DNA from: Octopus sinensis
Lineage: Eukaryota
Length of the DNA: 64,000 bases
Assembly: GCF_006345805.1 (NCBI RefSeq)
Contig: NC_043008.1
Location: forward strand, 72,168,001-72,232,000
Direction of reading: 5' to 3'
This document shows positions 53,661-64,000 of this stretch, in pieces. Under the pieces are notes generated by a model. It had not been told where the DNA came from. It made no database searches and was given only the letters and a program-made list of their open reading frames with translations. Within the stretch, counting starts at the first letter, position 1, and each line of letters starts with the position of its first letter. A program made the translations under genes and the position numbers.

Positions 53661-54318
53661 AACCAATAGTGTGTGTGCCAAATTGAAATATAAATACTGG
53701 GGTGATCTGTTAAACAATAATCCCTTCGAAGTGTTGCACCCGCATGACCACAGTCTTATGACTGAAACTAGTAAATTCTCTTTTCGTTTTTCCTTCAATC
53801 CCATTTTATTCTTCTTTGCTTATTGTCTGTGGCTCATACCACACTTCATCCTCACCAATTTTAATAGCACTCATGCAATTTTCTCTGCTAATAAAGTGTA
53901 CACGGAAAATAAATATCTTTGTTAATTCTTGGCGTTCTTAAATCAAGGAAAACGGTTTTAGTGGACCCACTCTTTAAACAGTAACAATAATTCTTTCTAC
54001 TTTTAGCACACAAGTGTTAAAATTGTTTAGGGGAAGGGTAGTTGATACCATCCACCACTTTGTATTCATTGCTTCGTCCCTGAAATCATAGAAAGCACAG
54101 TCAACCTGCAATGTGGACTCTGAACGATTCTGCCTTCTTGCGGTCTTGCATCAACAACAATAATAATCTTTTCTGTTATAGCGACATGACATGCAATTCT
54201 TGGGAGGCTGCTAGTTGATTACTTCGACCCTAATCCTCAACTGGTACTTATATCGCCTTTATGCAATTCTGTGCTGGACGGATTATAAAAATCTTAATGT
54301 CTCCTAGTAAACACTTAC

Positions 54319-54554
54319 TTTGAATAACCATAGTATGTTGTAAACACTTCACTAATAATCTGTCTTGTGCATGTTTGTATGTCACATCATCTTGCCAATC
54401 GTCTCCCACGATTAACTCCAAATATAGTTGTTCAGGAGATATGTGGCCACCGTCTAGTCTACTTCTGAATTCCTGGTAGTGATTACAGTAGACTCTGATG
54501 ATGACCACAGCGGCGGTTGTCACGGTGAAGTTGGTTAGTACACAAGAGCGATAG
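54319..54554 (-). CDS. Candidate coding exon of an unknown gene (..VVIIRVYCNHYQEFRSRLDGGHISPEQLYLELIVGDDWQDDVTYKHAQDRLLVKCLQHTMVIQ)
   Basis: Consensus donor CAAA|gtaagt; complex open frame; acceptor at 54554 or 54472; no TE motif recognised. Confidence 0.45.
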
Positions 54555-55164
54555 CTGTAGTGACTGATTTTGTTGCACTAACTGTTCTACCGAGGTTTAG
54601 CACCTGTAACGTTTACCTTTATAACCATCATAGGTCAGTTACACTTAATACATTAAAATGATTTGTTAACGTCTGCTTAATGTAGCATGTATTTGTATTT
54701 AACAAAGGATAGCGAAGTTCCGGCGTTATGTAAAGTATTAAACGTTAGACTAACGATATATATCAACAGTAACAGAGAAAAAATCGTTAACGCAAAATAT
54801 ATGATAATTTTCACCTTGCCTTGACGTATAATGTCAAATAAGGCAGAAATATTAGGAAGAAATCTTTCTATTTTTCTCACATTTGCATAAGTTTCCTGGC
54901 TTCAGTCCAAAGAATCAGAATAGTTTCTGACCCCAAATTAAAGATAATTTCCCTAACTTCGCTTTTATAATTCACTCAATAAACTCACATTTTATCACCA
55001 AGTGATTTTGGATGATTATTCTCTAATTTCATTTATTCTTTCTTCGTTAACTATGCATAACTTGAAAAACATATTACAGTAGAAACTTTCACCAAAATCT
55101 AACACAAGAGTTCAGTTTCTTTTCCTTGATTAAACGCTTTCATTAAGTCTCATTTCACTAATAA

Positions 55165-55340
55165 AGAGCGAAATGGTTAGCAGCATTTTGTCCCTCTTTA
55201 CGTTCTCAGTTTGCCTTTCATCATTTCGGTGTCGGTCGATAAAAAAAAAAAGTAGCGGTTGAGCATTAGGTTCGATGTAATCGACTTACACACCCCTCAG
55301 ATATTACTGGCCTTATGCCAAAATTTCAAGCCAATATATT
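55165..55340 (+). mobile_element. SINE fragment
   Basis: gcgaaatggttagcagcatttt..gcctttcatcatttcggtgtcg, same family as 57765-57990. Confidence 0.65.
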
Positions 55341-56505
55341 CAGGGGCTGCGTCTGCATGTGTGTCTGTGTGTGTGGGGGGGGGGACGAGTGTGTGTGTGT
55401 GTGTGAGTGTGTGTGCGACGCGTGAGTGTGTATACATCCACACATACATATGTACATAAATATGTGGATATGTGTGAATGTATGTTTAGTTCTTTTTGCT
55501 ATTTAGCCTACATCTGAATCATAATCAAGCAGTCATATTTTACTAACAAAGCTATAACTACATTCTTTTCTGTGTCAGTTACCTATTCAAGATGTCACAA
55601 TGTGAGTGTTGGCTGCTATCTCTAGCAGATAAGTCATCTCTTTAGAGAGTACATTGTTAGTTCTACGTATATTTGGTTATTATAAGTAATGTTTCAATTT
55701 TTTTTTTAATGTATGTAGATATTTAATTTGCTTTGTAGTAACTGGTACTTGTAAATCTCGGAAAACAATTAACATTAATGGAATTTAAACTCTGAAAGAC
55801 ACAAACATTTATGCTCTACAACCACAACTACCACCACTACCATTTTTTTGATGACGTTGTCTTCACTAGCAGCATAATAAAAGACAGACTGTAATTGACA
55901 GTTTGACCAGCCCATAATAACAGCCAACTTCCCATCAAAACACGCCATGCTCTTCCAGGAATAACCATGCCGGCAAATGAGATCTGAGATGGCACACTCT
56001 CCTCGATTATAGTTTTCTTGAGTTAATGATAACGACAATAACAAAAATTAAGGTCACCCGACCTGTCTTCTCATCTTCTTGAAAATGGCAGCTGAATCTT
56101 CTTCAAATCATATGTTAATGTTTTAAGCAAAGGTAAGGCATATTGGGAATAGTGTAGATGTGTTTCAAATGCACAATATTTGGCTACAGATGGAAGTGGC
56201 AAGTGCTGGAAGGTCTTTTATCTAGTCGGTTGGATACAGACTAAACTGGAGCTGAAGAACAACAGTTTCAACTATTGATATTCATAACAACATTTGTAGT
56301 CCTAGGGAATATACATATATATATATATATATATATGTGTGTATGTGTGTGTGTGTATCATATATATATATATATATATATCCGTGTGTGTGTGTGTATA
56401 TACTATATATATATTACATACACACGTATACACGCACAGATATATATACACATATACATGCATATATCTATACATGTATATTTACATATATGCATGTATA
56501 TATAC

Positions 56506-56539
<34 letters not shown>

Positions 56540-56624
56540 GTATGTATATATGTACATATATACATATACATATACATATATATATATACATATATATATA
56601 TATACATATACACACACATATATT

Positions 56625-56770
56625 GTACCTCCAACGTGTATCCTCCGAATTACGAATGTAATTCCTTGAACCTGTCGTAAATACATTCTGTAAAGTTACA
56701 GTCTCAATCATGGCTTCAACTCACACGCTTTCCTCGTCACTGAATTTGTTACCAAACATTTGTAGAACAT
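56625..56770 (-). mobile_element. Possible mariner C-terminal fragment
   Basis: MFGNKFSDEESV resembles the LxGKxFxxDEEV segment; heavily decayed. Confidence 0.4.
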
Positions 56771-57764
56771 ATCTGAGACTTTAGAAGGAAACAATCCACT
56801 AGAATGAATGGATTTGACAAACAATTTGGAATGTGCCGTTGGTTTTAGTGTTTGGAAGTAAGCCAAGTAACTCGTCAATCAGTGTGAGGCCTTCTGACTT
56901 AATAAGCTTGGCTTTCTACCTTAACTTGTAATAACAATCTTGAAAATGATTGGCTGATATGGCAAAATTAAACCAACCATCCTCACATTGTTATTGTTGT
57001 TGTTGTTCATTTGTTTGGTTTTCTTGTTGTTGTTGTGGAAGGAGAGAAATGAAGTCATGGAAGCCATTATAATTTTAGTGGGTTTTTAAAGTGTTTGTAT
57101 GAATATAACTGTTGTTGTGTGACGGTGGTTGAGTGCTGGACTGATGGGTTTTAATGTAACGACTTGTGCAGGAAACTTCTCAGTGCAAATATTATCCACC
57201 TTACATCTCTTTCATGAGTACATACATAATGACACATACGCCTTTATAGACACACACACAGACATACACACCCTTACATATATATATACACCTTCTAAAC
57301 ACAAATAAAATATTGATGGAGTTTTGCCAGCTTCTTCATCTTCAAAGAGAAAGCAGGAACCTAGACTTTTTAAGTAAAACATTAACCATCTTTACCTTTC
57401 ATCATTTCGGTGTCGGTAAAATAAAGTTCAGGACGGTGGGTGAATGGAATACCAGACACATTCGGACCCTTTGCGTTCTGTAATCATGGGTGGAATTCCT
57501 AATCTGTCAACTTGATTATTTCCACAGGCTGGACGTTGGGCGTTTCGTAGAGTCCACTGTTGTAAATATTTTCTCCAGATCTGCGGTTCGCTGGTAACTT
57601 CCTTCTATTACCCGTGTCTCAAAGATCCTGAAAATATGGAGGGGCTTGAGTACTGCTTTTCACTGTCTTAAACTGTAAAAAAAAAAGCTAAAAGCTCAAT
57701 AGTTTCCATCCTGACAACAATGCTACAGTATATTCCAGACACAAGATATTATATCGAAATAGAG

Positions 57765-57990
57765 AAGTGAGCTAGCAGAATCATTAGCACGCCAGGCAAA
57801 ACGCTTAGTGGCATTTACTCTGTCGTTACATTCTGACTTCAAATTCCGCCTAAGACGACCGAGTTCAAACTCCGCCGAAGTAGAATTTGCCCTCCATCCG
57901 TTTGGGTTGATATAAGTACCAGTTAAACACTGGAGGCGATGTAATCGATTTACCCTCTCCCCCAAAATGGCTGGCATTGTGCCTAAATTA
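57765..57990 (+). mobile_element. SINE copy
   Basis: gagctagcagaatcattagcacgccaggcaaaacgcttag..gagttcaaactccgccgaag..ataagtaccagtt. Confidence 0.8.
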
Positions 57991-58299
57991 TAAAAATTAC
58001 ACAGTTCACATGGCTCTAAATTGTCTATGCATTTCTGAAGACGCTTGATAATAATAAAAATTAATTGAAATTATCTCCCGTTCATCCTGAAATGAGTAAT
58101 GAAATATTAAATACTAAAGTGATGTTGTGTGTTTGCCAGCGCTTCAGTATTTGTTAAAGCAAACCAATAAAAACTGGAGAGTATTTCTTATCATCGCTAC
58201 ATTCAGTTCTGCTCTCCCTAGCTCTCTAGCTTTCACTTGGGACCAATATAAGATTCAGAGCATTCTGTGCGACATTTCGTGGATAATCGAACACGTGTT

Positions 58300-58911
58300 T
58301 GTATTGTAAGTGTGGGGTTACCTACAAGTAGTAGAGTTGGGGTCGATGATGGAGGTGGTAGGAATAGTGGTGCAAGTGGCTGTGCTCATGCTAATGTTGG
58401 TAGTGGTGTTAGTAGCTGTGGTGGTAGGAATAATAGTAGTAGTGATGGTTGTGGTGGTGGTGGTGGCGGTAGTGTAGTGATGGTGTATTTGGTAGAGGTA
58501 AAGTAGTAATAGTGATGGGTGTACTGTAAGTTGTTGTAGTATTTAATGGTGCTTGTCGTAGTGGTGTTGGTGTAGGTAGTGGTGGTAATGCTTGCGATAA
58601 TGTTGATACTGCCGTAAATGGTGTTAGCGCTTTTGTCTGTGTGTGAGGTAGAAGAGGCAGTGAAAGCGGTGATGGTTGCTGGCATGTGGAATGCGTGTGG
58701 GCGCAGTGGTGACAGAGATCGTCGTTGTCGTCATTGACAGGATGATGTTGATATGGTGGTGGCTGTGATAGGTGTAGCTGTAGTAATAGTGGTGGTCATT
58801 TAAATAAGTGTAAGATTAGTAGAATCAATGATCGTCATGACAGTAGTAAAGGATTTTCGTAGAAGTAGAAGCAACAGCAGCAGAGGCAGCAGTTGCAGTA
58901 GCAGCAGCAGC

Positions 58912-58970
<59 letters not shown>

Positions 58971-59240
58971 AAGGAGCAGCAGCAGCAGCAGTAGTTGTAG
59001 TAGTATTAGTAGTTGTAATGGTAGTGTTGGTGTTGGCGGTGAAAGTGGTGGTATTGGTACTGGTAGCTTTGATAGTGGTGCCTATATTGATAATAATAAG
59101 GATGATGTTGCCATTGATGATAATGGTAAGGATGATGGTGGCACGGGTGATATTGGTGGTGTGTTGAGTTTGAAGTTCTTGGTTGTTTCAAGGTGGTGTT
59201 GGTTTTGGTGGTTGTGCTGGTGGGAGTTGTACCACCGGAC
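58300..59240. repeat. GT-rich low-complexity region with (AGT)n/(AGC)n/(GGT)n
   Basis: Directly visible. Confidence 0.9.
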
Positions 59241-60726
59241 ATGATATTATATATAGTCCATTAATAAAGACTCTAAACTACTTCTTAGAATTTACCCTGA
59301 AATACAGCAATATACGAGTACAGACACTGATACATACACTCATACATACACACGCACACACAAACATATATATATGTATCATGTCTATGTATACGTGTGT
59401 ATATAAGTATGTACATTCATATAGATATGTTTATATGCGTGTCTATGTATACATATATATGTATATGCATATATATATATATGTGTGTGTGCGTATGTAT
59501 ATATGTATATATATATATATATATATAATATATATATATAATATATATATATATATACATATATGTATACATATATGTGTGTGTACATATATGTGTGTGT
59601 GTGTTTGTGTCTGCGTGTAGTTACTTCAGACATAAACTACTTCATGACTTTAATATACACACCGCGAAATTACACTACACCAACTCTCATTGATACACCA
59701 CACCATACTCCACTATACCAACACAAGCACTCCACACAAACCCACACACCACCTCCATCTCTCCTAATTTCTCTTCCACCCACCCATCCACTTACCACAC
59801 TCCACCCAGATCTGGCCACCAACGGAAGTTTCTTCTTTATTCAATATTTATTTATCTCAAAATCTTTATTTTCATTTATATTTATATTTCTACACCAATA
59901 TTGCTGCCGTTTCTTACATCTCTATATCTTTATTATTGACAACGAGAACCAGTTTTGGTAAGCGATAGATGGTTACACAGGAATAGTTTTAATAATGAGT
60001 GTAATTACCAATTCCAACTTGTTATTTATTTTGCTTCATCTCATTTTATTTTATTTTATCTTATTTAATAACTGTTTATTTTTATGTTTGTATTTAGATA
60101 AATAAATAAATAAATAGACAACTTTGTCAAAACATTTCTTTCTTTTTTTTTGGAAAAATGTGTTAAATGATACAGAGAAGTTTAAAAGCAAACAAAAACT
60201 TAAAAAATAAAGTAATAATAATAATAATAATAATGATAATAATAATAATAATAATAATAACAATAATAATAATAATGGTAGTTTTACTAATAATAATATA
60301 TTTGCCTTGATCTAAAGAATATTTTAGTCGTTGCTAAAGATACATCTACGGAAATGGTATTTTCAAAGTAAATTTCGTTAATGATGGAATACATCAAAGA
60401 GGTTGTAGGAATACAAGTTGGTTTGTTCTACACCTGCTTTATTTCCAGAGCAGAAATTATGCTGCCAATTTCACCATATCTAAAACCAGAAGTTGGTGCG
60501 TTGAATTGAAAAAGTTGAGCCTAGTTATAACATGAAGTTCTATAGATTAGAAATACGTAACTGTTCTACGAAATAGTAGTGGAACTTTATAAAATATTCA
60601 ATTATACAAAATTTTAATTGAATATTCTTATGTAACTTCAGACTTGTTTAAATATAAATATATTTCTTCTGATGTTTACCTCACTTCTTGTAGTAAATGT
60701 TGTGATTTATACATACATATACATAT

Positions 60727-60807
<81 letters not shown>

Positions 60808-61070
60808 TGGATGTATATATCTTCTTGAAATTATCGTCAGAATTCTTGTTGAAATAGTATAATGTAACAGAAGACATCTTTCGAATTTCCTAAATATTTA
60901 TTCCTGAGATTTAAGAATAATTTTTTTCCTATTCCCATTCTTTGCTGATAATACATATCTGCTACCTAACAGGAAGGTCGATGCAGCTCACGGTGTGAGA
61001 AAAATATTTGCTGCTCAGTTCATGTTTGTAAGATTAAAACTTATACATACATACTTACGTATGTATATAT

Positions 61071-61142
<72 letters not shown>

Positions 61143-61539
61143 GTAATATACATATATAAATATAATCATATATCTATGTATATATATATACATATATATA
61201 TATATACTTATATCTATCTATCTATATATGTTCGTCTATCTATCTATCTATCTATATATATATATATATATATATCAATAATAATAAAGGGTAAAATTAA
61301 TTAATTAATTAATAATTAATAATTCCACCAAGTAGTATTCGGCATGTTGAAAGGATCATTTTCGGTAAACTTAAACAATATTTTGTATAATTATGAGTAT
61401 AATTATAATTAGGATTCAGCAAAATATATTTGCTTCACCACATACCGAACTTTAGAAATAGCAGCCAACGAACCTAGCTATTTCTTCTACTATAATAAGA
61501 AACTCCTAGACAACATATACTCGAAACAATTCACGTAGG

Positions 61540-62060
61540 CAGAGAGGAAAAACAACGTGGGTGAGGGAGTATACGAGACCTCATTCGTATGTTTTGAATT
61601 CGTTGGTATTGGTCATCGGATATAGTTTGTCTGATGGTTCTTGAATCGGATAGGTGTATTCAATTTTTCAGTGCTCTCAAATTTAAAATCTTGAAATACC
61701 GTGCTGAAGAGGGGAATGATCGAATGGAAATGTGATGTTTGCATTTTTCATATCAATCTAACTGAAACGCGTCCAAAGTTAATCAAATGCCGATTGAATT
61801 TCGTTGTCTCTTATTGACTGTCTCGAAACATGCGACATGGTTACAATAACGATTCTTCAATGAATCAGCAGCCTTCCCAATGTAAACATACGGGGCTCCC
61901 CTTGAGTGCACGGTACATTACTATACAAGATTTGTACTCATACAGTGGTTTATCATGAGTATTTTGATTTCTCTCTGCACGAGCATTTATTATATTTGAT
62001 TTTCCATTTTCCGTCGTTGTTACCGTGTTAGCTGTATCATAAGCATTTCTATTACAATTT
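61540..62060 (-). mobile_element. Decayed Penelope-like GIY-YIG fragment
   Basis: NKCSCREKSK; YKSCIVMYRA; PYVYIGKAADSLKNRYCNHVACF. Confidence 0.7.
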
Positions 62061-62428
62061 GGCCATAATTGGTGGGTTTTTTTCGTTCAACATCTACTTT
62101 GTTGGTATTTAGATGCGTATGTTCGCTAGATCCAGAAGATGGGTTATTGAACATTTGTCGTATTTTACTATTGTTTATGCAGTGCATCAGCTGCTCTGAG
62201 TTAGAGTATTTGTGTGTTCGTGTATGTGTGTCAGCTCATTTATGTATGTTTGTGTGTGCATGTATATGTATATACATATATTTCAACGAATATATGTCTT
62301 CGTACATATTTGTGTATAGATAAATACATATGTATGCGTACATGTCGTATATAGTATCGGTCTGTATGTGTGTATGTATATATATGTATGTATGTGTATA
62401 CATATATATGTATGTATGTATATATATA

Positions 62429-62459
<31 letters not shown>

Positions 62460-63394
62460 CAACATATATATATATATATACACAAATATGTTTGTGCGTG
62501 TGTTTGTGTGTGTATGTATGTATATAAGTATGCATATGGAAGTAGGAGAAATAGTTGGGTACTTGTGTTCATAGAAATTTTCCTTTAGTTTATAAACAAA
62601 AGAAAAACGTATTCATTGTATTTTTTCGAAGCTGACGTTATTCGCCATTGTAAAGGTGAATTTCTTGTTCAGACACTCGGAAAAATAAAGTAACATAGCA
62701 ACTAAGGGAACATTATTATTTGAATAAATGCACACAACCACACATACACACACTTGCGCGCTCTTGTGATACAAATGTATATAAATATTCATGTATGTAT
62801 GCATATTCACACAGCCACTCATACACATATATTTGTGTATATGTATACATTCATGCATACACATTTCATCTGTATATAACCATTTAGGTATTATATTTAA
62901 TGTAATTGCATAACAATATTCAAATTGACTACGGACCTGAGATAATAATTTTATGACAGTCCTATGTATAAATACATTAAATATAAAAGTTTGTTGATGA
63001 AAATTGTCCAAATTACCACCGGTAAGGAGGGTAGATGCATTTCTGCACCGTTGGGCGTTTGCAGTAGCGTATACTGAAAGCCAGTATGGCTGAACTTCAT
63101 TTGTCGCCAGTGATATATAGGTAAATAGTGAATAATCAAATATTCGTGTAGTGAATAGCCACCCAGCTGAAAAAAGGGTCTGTTATATACACAACAAAAA
63201 CAGCTTTAGATTAAAAATAGCCGTCTGTGTATTATGCTTTATATAAATACATTGTGATAGGCACATTTTCTACGGTATTTGACCGGAGAAAATGTCTCAT
63301 ATTGATGTGGTTGTTTTAAAAACCACACATTATATCGGAGGTTTCTGTAAATATCCCCAATAGCGACCATATATGCACGTGTTTGAGTGTGTTT

Positions 63395-63456
<62 letters not shown>

Positions 63457-64000
63457 CTGAATGTGTATATATATATATATACATATATATAATATATATA
63501 GATATAAATATGTGTATGTGTGTGTGTGTGCGTATATATATATATATCAATATATCATAATTATATGCAACGAAGCTCTCATCTTGGAACCCCCAAAGCA
63601 ATTGTTATCTCACCAAATTTTGAATCCCTGTGAAGGACAATAACGGAATATAAATGAATGGAATAATATATGCAAGAAAACTTATCATAAAGCAACAAGC
63701 CAAGAATTCCAAACGGATTTAACCGTTCGAGAGATAGAATTTCAATAAAGGACAACTTTCAACCACGGCAACAAAAGTTACTAAATGTTCACTGTCCACA
63801 CGCACATCAAAGGTATGCGTCAATCATCAGCTGCCTTATGGATGCCATGATCTCGATATCTCACTAGTACACTACACTCTGATATCTATATACATACATA
63901 CATATATATATATATGCATGTATGAATATATATATATATACATATATGAGAGGGAATCCACTAAAAGTGAACTCCCTTACGCTAGCCACTAAAAGTTGTT

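Noticed and set aside
55850-56090. Possible Tc1 catalytic remnant (MLFQE*PC..RSPDL)
   Set aside because: Too decayed to support.
61590-61715. Strong acceptor with open frame TVFQDFKFESTEK..
   Set aside because: Lies within the decayed Penelope endonuclease tail.

Overview
Eukaryotic, AT-rich, microsatellite-saturated genomic DNA. The SINE, Penelope and mariner landscape looks like an octopus (coleoid cephalopod) genome; this is inferred from the repeats only. Most long ORFs in the track are artefacts of simple repeats. Supported content: (1) decayed mobile elements: two R4/Dong-type RLE LINE pieces, a Gypsy LTR remnant, RTE LINE pieces, three Penelope-like (GIY-YIG/RT) elements, several Tc1/mariner remnants, tRNA-derived SINEs and MITE-like palindromes; (2) a hand-built, phase-consistent multi-exon gene on the minus strand (about 28.7 kb to 19.6 kb) encoding a ~196-aa secreted protein with a weak GM2-activator/ML-domain-like pattern. 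Its last coding exon has an in-frame TGA only 9 nt before a donor whose phase continues into further coding-like exons at 12.6 kb and 9.3 kb; (3) hammerhead-ribozyme-like motifs at Penelope ends, some rebuilt into head-to-head palindromes; (4) many long inverted repeats. No CRISPR array, rRNA or intact tRNA gene was found. All calls were made by eye; no searches were run.
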